Below are positions 37,141-50,385 of a DNA stretch of 64,000 nucleotides, in pieces. Under the pieces are notes generated by a model. It did not search any database. It was not told where the DNA came from and worked only from the letters and a program-made list of their open reading frames with translations. A program made the position numbers and the translations under genes. This stretch comes from Laetmonice hystrix (lineage: Eukaryota), in the NCBI GenBank assembly GCA_965235115.1, contig OZ249443.1, positions 11,594,001-11,658,000 of the forward strand, written 5' to 3'. Within the stretch, counting starts at the first letter, position 1, and every line of letters begins with the position of its first letter.

Positions 37141-37493
37141 GTACATAAATATGTTAATTTAATTGTTTGCCCTTATTGTTTTACATAGATTATTGTGTGT
37201 GCATGTCCTTGTGGTGTGTATTCGTTTTCAAACATTTCTGCTGTATAGAATCGCGGAAGGGTAGAAAATGTGATATACAATTTTAAATACTTTGAGGTAA
37301 TTGTGAAAAAAGTATTCTCTCATAATCTCTATCTCTCTCTAAATTGAATCATCTACTTCTCTAATCGCAGCTCTCCACTATTCTGCCGGTCGGGGTGTCA
37401 GACTTCTGCTGCTCTGAAAACATCTCTAGTAAACTTGTGTCCGTCTCGAGTAGATCCTTACTCTTCATATTGTCGTCTTATTTTTACCTCCAG

Positions 37494-37633
37494 GGTCGTG
37501 ACTTTGAGAGCGTCTACACAAACCACCGTTACACACAGAAAGAGAGGGAAATTCTCGCCTCGCACGACAGCTTTGATTACCTTCCAAGCCACAGTCCAGT
37601 ATACAAGGAATGGCTCAAGAGGCAGCCAGCCAG
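37494..37633 (+). CDS. Coding exon of a CLC-family chloride channel/Cl-H+ antiporter (N-terminal cytosolic segment)
   Basis: Acceptor tttttacctccag and donor CAG|gtaaac flank a 140-nt exon: GRDFESVYTNHRYTQKEREILASHDSFDYLPSHSPVYKEWLKRQPA+AG. SFDY resembles the (YE)SLDY motif before helix B in ClC-6/7-type proteins. The terminal AG joins G at 58862 to make Arg. Confidence 0.88.
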
Positions 37634-38764
37634 GTAAACGACTTCACTTATAAACTTGTTATACAGTCCCGACAAGGCAGTAACTGGGGCGGCCAGCACA
37701 TCAAGTTCATAACACTGGGGGACATCGGTTCGTAATTTTATGAGCCTGGGTATTATCAGGCGGGGGAATTCCATTCCAGTTGGTCGCCACAGCCTGTCGA
37801 CCTCGTCAAACCACTCGTTACGGTTCGACGTTAGCTCGCCTTGACGACCAGTTACATCGGTTTAGTATTATATTCCTCCTTTCGTATAAAGAGTGCATTT
37901 TTCTAAATAATGAAAACAATTTCTTATATTTATTTAATTTTTCCCTAATGTCGTCTGCCCATCTCGAGACATTTTCGCCTGAGTCCGCACCGTTTCCATT
38001 GAACAGTCCGAACTCAGTTTCTATTGAAGAGCCTGATACAGAACACCGTTTCTATATACTACTCATGTTCACCAGATTATGAGTATTTTGTAGGCGGGCT
38101 TACAGGACACCAAATCATGTTTTTTTTCGGCTGATCCTCTTTTCCTGCTGATACATCATACGGTTGATGTTCTTGATTGCACATATACCCTTCCATCATT
38201 ATGGGAAATGAAAAGTCAATCTTTTATCACAAACATAATCAGAAAGCCTGTTTTAATACCAAAATGAGGTACAGAATTGGATAGAAGCCTTTTGATCTTT
38301 GGAGAGATTTGGCGAAGCGGGATTATTTTGTTAATACTGCGGCTTCCAGCGTGCCGCCACCGATTGGACGCCTGAGGGCACGGAGCGATCACGTGGTCTC
38401 AAGTCCCGGATGATATTTGATGGCCGGTAGAGGGAGTGGCTGAATGAGGGAGATGTAAGAACCAATGACGTTAGTGACGAGGGAGCTGTCAGTCTCCAGA
38501 CACCATACAGTCATCCAACCATCATGAGCCCAGCGTGAGGGAGAGAGGGGAAAAAAGTGAATGCAAGCGGATCTAGGTGGAAAACATACGGGGACAAAGC
38601 CGGACGGCTGTGACAGAGACAAACATACCTAGATAAACATGGGCTTGTTTGTCGGAGCGACGGCTTGCCGTGTGCTGTTGATCCTATGTCAGGGTATCTG
38701 AGGAGACTTTGAGGAGGTTGAGAATTCGGGGAAGGGAGTTAAACCTCGCAGGGAGGTGTGGGAT

Positions 38765-39004
38765 CCACTGACAGGAGGCTGGGTGAGTTAACCCTCTCAG
38801 GATGATGTGTGGGACCCACTGACAGGAGGCTGGGTGAGTTAACCCTCTCAGGATGATGTGTGGGACCCACTGACAGGAGGCTGGGTGAGTTAACCCTCTC
38901 AGGATGATGTCTGTGATCCACTGACAGGAGGCTGGGTGAGTTAACCCTCTCAGGATGATGTCTGTGATCCACTGACAGGAGGCTGGGTGAGTTAACCCTC
39001 TCAG
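38765..39004. repeat. 51-bp tandem repeat, about 5 copies
   Basis: ccactgacaggaggctgggtgagttaaccctctcaggatgatgt... starting at 38765, 38816, 38867, 38918 and 38969. Confidence 0.95.
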
Positions 39005-39146
39005 TGACATACACAGAATATTTTATTAGCAGGTAATCATGCGATATGTAACTGTAAGATAGAGTTTCCCAATTGAAGACAATTTCACAAATCAATAATT
39101 ATTTGTAAGCCTATTATTGGGCATGGACATTTTCTAAATTGAGAGC

Positions 39147-39358
39147 CAAAGGCGGATCCAAGGGACACGTCCACCCTAGCTTCCCTAATTATATACCCAT
39201 TTTTAAATAATTTTGTCATATTTACAACACTGGTGCATCTTAGGACATCATGAGTGGACATGATGTTACCAAATGGTTGTAACTTATAAGACAGAAGTGG
39301 CTACATACAACAAAAGAGCTCCCCCGCGCCCCTTAGTGAAATCCTGGATCAGCCAGTG
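39147..39358. mobile_element. hAT-like MITE relic
   Basis: caaaggcggatccaag ... cctggatcagccagtg degenerate TIRs, the same end type as 29860-30010. No TSD. Confidence 0.4.
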
Positions 39359-41412
39359 AAAGAGTCCTGCATTTCCAGAGAATGTTATGTTTGGGTCAGC
39401 CTCCATGCACGCTTATCGAAGTTATGTATGAAATAATTAAAAAAAAAACGAAAATGGAGAGCTGACGTGGTTTGCGTGTGTGTCACGCGTGTCAGACGTG
39501 TCAAACGTGTCAAACGTGTCAAACGATCATAGTTATCTTGTAACCGCGTGCACAACATGCTGTATCAGTGTCTAGCGCTGAGCTAACAATATATTATAAG
39601 GTCTCTGGTAGCCGAGGTAAGAACAGCCGACACTGGCGTCCCTCGGCGCTCAGCAGACGACATTTATGCGGTGAATGTTGCTCACGTCCGTCGTGACCGC
39701 TAGGTGGCGGGGCCGGCCCGTTTCGGTCACACCGTCATCAAAGCCAGTCTTACCGCTGGCCGACCGCCATGAATTTTTACGGCACGGGGCCGTCGGCCGT
39801 TGTAACCACCGTGCCCCCCCCCCCCCCCCCCCCCAATTTTCTCCTGACCGGCAAATCCGGCACCTCGCTGTTCGGTCTGGATATAAGTCCGATGTGCGGT
39901 TCATACATGTAGAATGTGATAAGCAGGTAATTCGTGGGGTCTGGAATGCCGCTAAACTGGCCCAGTCCATGAGAGGGATGCTGGCCCTGACCTTGCGTGT
40001 AGGGAGGGAGGTATATTGAATGGCGGCACTGAGATGGCCATCTATTACAGGCTGGGCTGGTCCCCCAACGCGTGAACAGACAGTGGCCAGGACATTCAAT
40101 TACTCACCGCAGCGCCCTCACCGGCCACCCGCATTTAAATACTCATGGTTCATTTTTAATTACTTCTAGCGCCAACTGTATCTGGGGATTTCAATTCCCT
40201 CGGTAATCTAACAACGTCAAGTCGGCTCCTATCCCATCCACTGGGGTCCCATCCTCCCTCTCTTGCTCGTGCTTCTTAACATTCTTTTAGGTTGTCATAG
40301 TGTCATCCCTACTTTCAGCTAATCATCTTTTCTTTTAGATATTCGGGAAACTATCCAGGAGATAGAACCGGTCTGGAACTCTCCAAAGTCGGGGGTTCTT
40401 CTGTGTGTTGGGGGGGGGGGGGGGGGCGGCTCGACCCACTCTGCTGCATACGTCATCTAATATCACTTGTATTATACTTCAAAAACAACGCCTCCAATTA
40501 ATCGCCGTTTTCAAACTGGCATCTGACAAAAGAGTTGCCCGCTTTACGTCAGAGAGAATTTAATAGCGATCGCAGGCCGAATCATGCAGACAACCACGTC
40601 TCGGGCAATTATAGCCGGAATCCATGCTAGATAAACTTGGCCAAACTTGGACAGATAAGATACCTCGGGACTTTCCAGCTGTAGACTCCCTAGTATTTAA
40701 AATAGCGGATTGAATTGAACAGAATTTGACGTCCATGACTGAGACCAATCCTTTTCTACAATCCAGCACAGTCTGAGATTATTGCGATCGTTTTAGTCGT
40801 ACTTCAGACCTATTTTGTTTCCCCCGGTATTAGAGGTAGAAGACGCTCCTATTCGATTGTAGAAATCATGATTTGGAAGTGACGATTAAAGTTCACGGAG
40901 ACCAGTTGGAATGATAAGGAGTTATCTCCTATCTTAGCGATTGTATACCTCGCCAGTACATGTATGTATACCACACCAGACGATGGTATACAGCAGAGAT
41001 TTTCAATCTATATGATGAAAGCAGTGAAGACACTTTTATATTATCACTAATATTATATTGTCACTATTCGGTCATATACGATTTTACATGGACTAAGTTG
41101 TCTCTTTCGACGCATTATTGTACTTTTTAAAGAAACCTTTTCGACATCATGGATGCAAAAATGCACCTTTACTGAAACAATCCAGTTATCAAGACTTCAA
41201 TATAGCACGTATAAAATTCTTTTCTAGACTTAGGATATTTTCTTTTCGGAAGTTTTTCCCTTTTTACGGCTTTCTCCGTTTTTCTACTCGATGAGGGGCT
41301 GGAATATAGGGGGCCTCCTGTGACCATTGCTGTTCCTAGAGAGTGCCCCCTTGCGGCCACCGCTACAAACCACCCAGGTCGTGTATGAATACAAGTGTAC
41401 GACCATCGGGCA

Positions 41413-41460
41413 TACAGTAAGACCTCGTTAATCCGTGATTCGTTAATTCGTATACCTCGC
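41413..41460 (+). mobile_element. Solo pogo/Tigger-like transposon end
   Basis: TA+CAGTAAGACCTCGTTAATCCG followed by a cgttaattcg subrepeat. Partner TIR not found. Confidence 0.35.
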
Positions 41461-42189
41461 AATCTTTCCGGAAACCTCTTCTATCCTCTATCCAGAATGA
41501 TTCAGGAATCGTTTCACAATCCGAAAAAGGTGTTCAAATAAACGGAGGTTGACTTCATTGCGACATTCCAGACTAATATATTTTCAAACAACGATGTCTT
41601 ATATCGACCTCCTTTTGCAAGTGGATATGCGACGTGTTTTGTGTTTTAAAAATCATAAAGTGTCAAACAGATTTCAGTGTAACACGCACATCTGTGACAA
41701 GTATGAGGCAGTAAGTGGTTGAAAACCAGTCAGTCTGAGGTACGAAGTACGATTCCGCAATCAGTTTAAGATCAAATCCCTTGAAGTAAAACGCTTTAAT
41801 TTCTTTACTCGTTTCTTGCACGTGATGGTTGGCTTTTCCTGTACACAAGCACGACTGTGGCTCACGTTACTCGGCAGATTCGATCTGAATGTCACACGTC
41901 AAATACCACAGCAGACCCATACTTTATTAAGTTGGGGAAAGTGCATATACAATCCCTGGAATCTGTGCATCCGTGGTCTTCATTTCGCCGCGTCTTTATC
42001 ACCTCAAAAAATGATCATCGAGTTCATATTATGTCTACTTTGTAAACATTAGCCAGTATGGTACGAGGGTGGTTGTCATTCATAATCACAATTAGGAGTC
42101 ACTGCCTTACTCCATCAGTCGCGGTACTTCTGAACGGCGGAGTCATGAATAGGAAAATATAACTCTGCTCTGGACTTACACGAATACCA

Positions 42190-42915
42190 TTTTGATTCAG
42201 ACCAGTTTTTGTATGATCGACAAGTTGACCATTTTGATTCAGACCAGTTTTTGTATGATCGACAAGTTGACCATTTTGATTCGGACCAGTTTTTGCATGA
42301 TCGACAAGTTGACCATTTTGATTCAGACCAGTTTTTGTATGATCGACAAGTTGACCATTTTGATTCAGACCAGTTTTTGCATGACCGACAAGTTGACCAT
42401 TTTGATTCAGACCAGTTTTTGTATGATCGACAAGTTGACCATTTTGATTCGGACCAGTTTTTGTATGATCGACAAGTTGACCATTTTGATTCGGACCAGT
42501 TTTTGTATGATCGACAAGTTGACCATTTTGATTCGGACCAGTTTTTGTATGATCGACAAGTTGACCATTTTGATTCAGACCAGTTTTTGTATGATCGACA
42601 AGTTGACCATTTTGATTCAGACCAGTTTTTGTATGATCGACAAGTTGACCATTTTGATTCAGACCAGTTTTTGTATGATCGACAAGTTGACCATTTTGAT
42701 TCGGACCAGTTTTTGTATGATCGACAAGTTGACCATTTTGATTCAGACCAGTTTTTGTATGATCGACAAGTTGACCATTTTGATTCGGACCAGTTTTTGT
42801 ATGATCGACAAGTTGACCATTTTGATTCGGACCAGTTTTTGTATGATCGACAAGTTGACCATTTTGATTCGGACCAGTTTTTGTATGATCGACAAATTAA
42901 CCATTTTGATTCTGA
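42190..42915. repeat. 42-bp minisatellite, about 17 copies
   Basis: gatcgacaagttgaccattttgattc(a/g)gaccagtttttgtat. Confidence 0.97.
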
Positions 42916-44397
42916 CGATTCGGTCAGACTGACAAGTATACCATTCTGAGTCGGAGTGTCAAGATTATTAAATTCGGACCAGATTGACGTGTGAGCTTCC
43001 AAAAACAAATCTAAAATGCTTCTTGATTTGGATTCAGACCGGATTGGCCGGTGAAATACCGAAAACAAATGAGAATTGCTCCTTGATTTGGATTCGGATT
43101 TGAAATGATTTGACAAAGTTCAGTCGGCGGTAGTCGAGAGAAGTGAGCGACTGTCAGGGAGCCCTGTCGGACGTTGGTAAACATTCCGATCTATCACTGG
43201 ATTCAGACCACACGAAGTAAACAACTTCTCGGTTAATGTCCGGCCGAAACGTCTCCTTCTTCTCCTTGTTTTTGTATGGTAGCCGTAAGTCGGGTGTTAT
43301 TAGTCATCATATCTGGCGAGGCCATGAGTATATGTACGCGTGGTTAAGGAACAGTCCGGGTCTGATGATCATTCTTAGCCTTGATCAACAAGTGCTTCAG
43401 CTCAATGCAAGCAGAAGAAAAAATGGAGATGAGGGGTAAGAATGATCCTCAGCGCTGACCCCTGAATGTTTGTAAGAGGCGAGGAATGGAGCGAAGGCAG
43501 ATGTGGGGAAAGAAGTTGAGTGTTAGATTGCAGAATCATATGTGTGACACTAAGGACCTGAATCCTTTCAGTACAATTTTCTCATTGGTTCTCCTCATTG
43601 CTCTGCAACTGGGTTATCAAAGGCTTTAATGTGTCCAGTCCTTTTTGTTCAAATAGATTATGGGTTTCTCCCGCTGTCGAGTTTATTTTTCTCACAGTCT
43701 CACTTTTCTGTCTTCTACCTCTAATGCCGGGGGAAAAACAAAATAGGTCTTAAGTACGACTAAAACGATCGAAATAATCTCAGACTGTGCTGGATTGTAG
43801 AAGAGGATTAGTCTCAGTCATGGACGTCAAATTCGGTTCAATTCAAATCGCCCGAAATCACTGAGTGACTCACTCTCCCAATCACTCACTGACTCACTCA
43901 TACTTCCTATCGATCCTTTGATGTCCGTCATATTTCATTCATTACATTCTGTGTTTAGTTCATGAGTCCCTAAGTCTTCAGGAGACTCTCAGATGTGTGC
44001 TCAATCTGCCTGAATTAGGTGAAGAACAGCCTGGCTGGCAAGCTTGCGAATATACATGTATGCAGCTTTGTTAGCTATCATTTCAAAATGAAGCGTTCGT
44101 CGAAAAAAGTGAAATTGGTCTGAGTTGGTGAAATTGGTAAGTTTGTGTTCTTACTATGGGAAGTTCGGTTATCTGCTTGAAATAAATGGAATGGAATGTG
44201 CTGTCGTGTCATCATTATCTCTGTCTCTCCGCCTGCCTCTCTCTGGCTCTGTCTCACTGCATCTGTCTTTCTCTCCCTGGACCTCCTGGAATGACATGAA
44301 TCATCATACTGGCAGATGAGTGTGGCAGACAGCTGGCTAGCCACTGGTCTTAATCCTGTCCTATCTTGCCACCACTAGCCTACCTGTCCAGTCCTAT

Positions 44398-45072
44398 AGG
44401 CACCACTCCCTGTCCTGTCCTTAGGCACCACTTCCTGTCCTGTCATTAGACACCACTCCCTGTCCTGTCATTAGGCACCACTTCCTGTCCTGTCATTAGG
44501 CACCACTTCCTGTCCTGTCATTAGGCACCACTTCCTGTCCTGTCATTAGACACCACTCCCTGTCCTGTCATTAGGCACCACTTCCTCTCCTGTCATTAGG
44601 CACCACTCCCTGTCCTGTCCTTAGGCACCACTTCCTGTCCTGTCATTAGACAGCACTCCCTGTCCTGTCATTAGGCACCACTTCCTCTCCTGTCATTAGG
44701 CACCACTCCCTGTCCTGTCATTAGGCACCACTTCCTGTCCTGTCATTAGGCACCACTCCCTGTCCTGTCATTAGGCACCACTCCCTGTCCTGTCATTAGG
44801 CACCACTCCCTGTCCTGTCATTAGGCACCACTCCCTGTCCTGTCATTAGGCACCACTTCCTGTCCTGTCATTAGGCACCACTTCCTGTCCTGTCATTAGG
44901 CACCACTTCCTGTCCTGTCATTAGGCACCACTCCCTGTCCTGTCATTAGGCACCACTTCCTGTCCTGTCATTAGGCACCACTTCCTGTCCTGTCATTAGG
45001 CACCACTTCCTGTCCTGTCATTAGGCACCACTCCCTGTCCTGTCATTAGACACCACTCCTTGTCCAGTCCTG
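44398..45072. repeat. 25-bp minisatellite, about 27 copies
   Basis: aggcaccact(t/c)cctgtcctgtcatt. Confidence 0.97.
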
Positions 45073-45861
45073 CCCTTTGCCACAATTTCAGTCCTGCCAT
45101 GTGCAGCGGGAAACGTGTAAAGCATCTTTTCTCTTGAACTGTAAGCAAATATCTCAACCAAGGCTAAATCCCGTGATTTCAAAATCCCAGGTGTGTATGC
45201 AAAAAGTACTTTCCAGAGACTTGAAGGCATTTTAAAATTCATTGAGAATTGAGATAAATGCATACAATGAAGCACTCTGCCTTCTGCCCGTTCGTCCTTT
45301 GTGTTTTGTTTTTGTACATTAGTACGGCCAGACAGACTCCTTTCTATGAAACCTTTATCCCTCAAATGTATTTATCTACACACTGCTTATTTGACGTTAC
45401 CATATAATATCAGTTTTATGGCACTATGAGGCCCAGAGGTTTGAATGATATTTGAAACAGAAACAGCCGAAACATAGTCATAAAAACATTATTGCTCTTT
45501 TAACGAGAATCCGACCCATCGGAAACCACGTATAGCCTTCTCAAGAACAAAGGTTTCGTAATTGATCTCAAAAGTTGTACACTAAACTACGACTGGCCTT
45601 GCTGTCATTTTCAGGTGGTTCGGGAAAGATAGAACGGAATGTTTGTCAAAATATGGATGGCTTCAGTCAACGTAAGCCCCGTTTTGACACTGTATACGTC
45701 TTGCCGTTTACCCAGATTCAGAGTTTCGTTGCTTTTTTCTTGATACATGCATGGCAACAACTAAAATATTCGCTGGTCTGCATGGGTTCAACATTAGCCA
45801 TGGATATTATGCGTTATGACTGATATTATGGACTGCGTTATTTTCTGGCAAGACTAACATC

Positions 45862-45989
45862 TAAAAATATGTTACAGACTTGAGTATGGGTTTCTCCCGC
45901 TGACAGGCAAGAAGTTCTCCACGTATTAACGTAACAAAGATTTTCGGTTCTGCTTCAGTGAATTTAAAATAAAAATATGTTACAGACTT
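45862..45989. repeat. 88-bp insert between 20-bp direct repeats; ~66 bp of it recurs at 46405
   Basis: taaaaatatgttacagactt at 45862 and 45970. tgacaggcaagaagttctccacgtattaacgtaacaaag at 45901 and 46405. Confidence 0.75.
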
Positions 45990-47522
45990 TACGTTATTAC
46001 ACCCCGTTGTAGTAATAACGTACATCATTTTTTGACAGGAAATCAGCTGAGATGTCGGTTAGCTATAAGTTAGAAAACAGTTTTTCAGAGGGAATTTATA
46101 TCGTCTGCAGTTAATACAACTTTTAAAGTTTATAAAATTTGACTTTTATGTCGATTTTATCCACTAGGTCTATAATGTGTCTCTTTGGCTTGTGCTTTTC
46201 GTACACAGTATTTTGCACTTGGACGTAACTTGGAGGTAACACCCGCTGAACCGGTAAATTAGTAACGTCGGTACTGTTACGAGCAAGTAAAGTCGGAAAT
46301 AGTAGAAGGGATAATCAAATCAAAAAAGCAAGCTGCTTGGAAGGACAGTGATTTAAACAAGTGTACCAACAAACAAATGTCGGCGTCAGTAAAACAAATG
46401 GCAATGACAGGCAAGAAGTTCTCCACGTATTAACGTAACAAAGGTTGTCGGTTCTGTCTCAGTGAATTTTATTGCTCACATTTAGCTAATCATATTGCGA
46501 TGGTTCTATTAAAGGGAATCTCCCCCCACCCTCACCCACTACACCCACACCCTCGCTCTCGAAGATTCCCCTGCTGATGACAAAAACGGCATCTCGGCTG
46601 CGATGGCGGCAAAAATGATGCATTATGACAGATGGTCTCAGGACAAAAGAAAGTGTTGCATAGCAACACGTCAAGTTTGACGCTAAGGGGCGGAACCCTA
46701 GCCGGGCGGCGGTTAGACCCCACGCCCCGAGGTGTCAGGTTGGGACCGTTTTTCTGACTCAAGAGATTGACTTCCGACCCTAATGTTTCCGCCTTCAAAA
46801 ATTGACGAGCCCCTCTCTACTGGATGTGTAACGAAAGGCAGATATTTATTGATCAAAAACAAACATTGATCAGTCTATGGTGAAAAGGTTCTGTAAACGT
46901 TCTGCAATCGTTTAGCAGTGGCTTCCAGTGTATGAATAAGCAAACCGATAAGAAATAGAATGACGCCATATATCAGTCTTACAGACCAGATGCGTGGTGT
47001 ACATATACTTCGGAGTTAAACATTTATTGATCTCAGTTTCATTGGCACTTAAATTTTCAAATTCGATTTTTAAGATTACGTTTCACACTGGTCCACACTT
47101 TTGACGTTATTTTGATGTCAGGATAGCACTCTGAAGTTCAAGGTTAGTGGAAGTATACTCGATCTTCTGGCTCTTGCCGTATGACATAGGCCTACCTTAG
47201 GTCACAATCTATCCCATCCTTCACCATGAAAACAACACGTTCACAGCGCTAATGAACCGTAAATTCTAATCCTCGCGTCTCTGTGTGAATCACCACAAAG
47301 TGTTAAATATAGGACCATAGACCCGACGGTGATCACTCCACTTACAGTGGGATAAGTTAGATTGTCTCCTGAAAACCCAGGATGTTTCTCGACCTTCGCT
47401 CCATTGTTTTTTTTTTTGAGGTTGTAAATATGTCCACTGTTTTCTTCCCTGCCTCACCCCTTGGGACGGGTGTGGGATCACATACTGGCTGGTAGCACCT
47501 AATGAAGTTACCAGGCGTTCCC

Positions 47523-47850
47523 AAGTCACGTGCACGTTGAACCACGTGACTTCCCTGCTAAGTCACTGTCCGTGTAGTCTTACCCAACGATGGATTGTTG
47601 GTCCGTCGTCTGCTCGTTTCGGCGCCCCTATTTAAGAACAGCGGCACGGGCATACAAAGTCGTGCCATTACAGCGTAAGATGAATGTTGTGTTTGTGTCA
47701 TTCGCTCGGGGCGGGGCATGCGGTCAAAACAAATCTCCTCCATCGGAGAGTTACTTGACGTCGGCGGACGCATGCGTCGGGAGGTCAGCATCGTGGTGAC
47801 CTCGGCCTGACCTTGACGGCCGTGCTGTTGACGTCATGACGGAGCGTCCC
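47523..47850. promoter_or_regulatory. Intronic CpG-rich regulatory-like cluster with an inverted pair of E-boxes
   Basis: AAGTCACGTG-N10-CACGTGACTT (47523-47552), TATTTAAG, GGGCGGGGC, ACGCATGCGT and TGACGTCA. Confidence 0.4.
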
Positions 47851-50299
47851 ATTTGTCGCCGGTGACGTGTTGACCTTTGTTTGCCACTGTTGGCTTCTGC
47901 TGCTTGGAATGGTTAAAGTTATCGCGTCCCTACATTGTTGCCGATGCTTACAGTGCACGTTACCATAACACTGCCGTGGTACAGATTACTGTAACCATGG
48001 TAATTATGAAGAGAACAGGCGCTGTTTTTTCCTGGCGCTCGTTCAAGCGACCATTGTGTCTATTGTTTATCAATCATGTGTCTCTCAGAACTCACTCTGT
48101 GTTCGGTAATGATGTAGGTTGCCCCTCAGCGGGTGCGCGTGTAATAGGCCTACACAGCGACAATATTTCACTGTTCACTACATGTGTATTGCTCCACCTA
48201 TTCATTAATTTACGGACTCAGCTATACTCTGTCTAAAATGCCCGCGTAAAAAACAACTCTGCTTTAGCGATTGCGAGTTTATATATTATAGTGGTGGTAA
48301 TTATTGCCGGGGCGGCCGCCAATGACTACCAGAAGCTGTTATTTTCCCATATCCATCCATTACTCATTGTATCGGGTCCGTCGTTAATTTAACATAGTTA
48401 TCGGGGCGCGAGGTATAAGGACCGAGTATAATGTGAATTAAATGATAGGATAAGTGAACCTGGGGTTAAAAATAACGGGCTGGCTTCATGTTATTAGTAC
48501 GCCGATGCCATCATCATCATCGCTGCAGCCAGTAGCATGCGCCTAACCATTGTTTGATTAATTAATTAAATAATTAAGTAATTAAGGCTGCAAAGGGTAG
48601 GCATTTCCTTATGCTTGCAAATTGAGTTGGTCCCAACAGCGAGGAGGGGCTGCTTTGCTGATGGGGAAAACGGAAGAAATCGGTCTGAGTGACACCCCCC
48701 GGAGGTCATGACCTGAAGAGAAATTACTATGGCGACATCTGTCGGAAACAAATGACGTATTACGTGCAACTGAACTTGATGGAAGAAAAGATCCATGAGA
48801 AAGAGCAGTTGAGTAGGTCAAGGTCACTTTAACCACCCCCACCCCCACCCCACCCCCGGCCCATAAAAGCAGCCACTGTAAGAGGCGTGGAATGTGGTGA
48901 CAAATTTAACCGAGTTTGTACCTCTTCTCAATTCTGACAACTTTGCCAATACAGCGTGGGCAAGAAAAAACAGTTTAAGACGTTGTTTGGGCAAACACTA
49001 CGGAGCCCTGTTGGGGACATGAAGAAAAAAATCGTTTCTGAGAAAAAAACGTCACGTCATAGTGACGTCATAACTCGTTATTACGACTTAAGATTACCAC
49101 AACATTTTTTCTCTTCAGTTCCCCAGCAGGGCTTCGTAAACTCTATATCCGTGAACATAAAAGTTTTGAGTTACACGTCATGTAGTTTATAGAAGTTTTG
49201 TAAAAGAAATGGAATCTTGCGTAGTTTGGACTACTTGCACACGCTGACACCATCTGAATGTGACCTCGTTAAATCCACTCATTTAAAATTCCTGTAATTC
49301 ATTTTGTATAGTAATGAATTATAAATGAATCGTGAGATATTGAAATTTGGATAGTCACATGGGACCACTTTGCTCACGAGAGTGACGTACAATCACAAGT
49401 ATGTGGTTCACAAGTATCTATATCTGACGTGTGTGTAACTCTCTTGAATCACCCCCCCCCCCCACTCCTTCATAGTCAATGTTTGCAACGGTTTGGTGTG
49501 CTGATTTGTAAATGGCATACTTACTTCTATTACACAGATTCCGGGTAGTTGCAGCAAATAATGACTTAAGTGGAAAGAACATAATATGGAGCTTGAGAGT
49601 CAGCATCAACTATAAGAAATCCCACATTATTATTATCAAAATCCACTTCCCATCCCGAAAGATCGATCCATGTTTTAGGACCGAAGAATCATTAAATCGA
49701 TTCACTCAAAACCCTTAATGTACTTCTTTATAAATGTCAGGCAAAGCAATTTGGCAGTGTGCCTAGCTCTATGTATTTTTTAAAACCTAATGTAGAGTTA
49801 CTAGATAATGCATGACAGCGCGAGATGGAGACGGTCTTATGCCCGAGGCGTAGCCGAGGTCATATGCGACATAACAACTTCATGTCATTTTAGTCTCCCT
49901 ACTGCTGTAACTAAAAAAATGGCGCAAGAGTTGAACCTGGTGTCGCAATCTGCAGTCGCAAGTTATCGGCGATCGCTCAGATATCTGATCTCCGACTGAA
50001 AATAGTGCAGTGTGCACTGGTCATTACGAACTCCTAAACGTTTCCCTGTCGGTAGTTGTGGACAGTCATCTAAAGGACCCGTTGTATGCATGCGTGTCCA
50101 TGAGACCGTGGGATAATGATGAATGGTACCGAAATGTTTTGTATCTAGGGAGCGTTACCTCATTAATTATTGTTGAACACATTCCCATAAGAACACTTAA
50201 CGGCACACATCAAAGGCCATGATACAGGTGAGGCCATCGGCCATGTGTATTTATATTTGTCGCCATTTGCGATTGATTCGCAATGGTACTGAGTGTCAT

Positions 50300-50385
50300 A
50301 CTTCAGCAACAGTTATATCAAGGCGGTCAATTCGCCTGGTGGATAACACCGATGTATCCGGGGAAAATCACCAACCTGCAGCAAA
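50300..50385 (-). mobile_element. 3' fragment of the same SINE family
   Basis: Reverse strand ggttggtgattttccccggatacatcggtgttatccacc...gaccgccttgatata aligns with the SINE core and 3' region. Confidence 0.5.

Noticed and set aside
37395-37493. In-frame extension of the CLC exon to a GTG start (ORF 37395-37637)
   Set aside because: The extension is a pyrimidine-rich tract ending in a canonical CAG acceptor, so it is better explained as intron.
15490-46600. Hammerhead ribozyme cores (CTGATGA at several sites on both strands)
   Set aside because: None is followed by a helix II and GAAA at a suitable distance.
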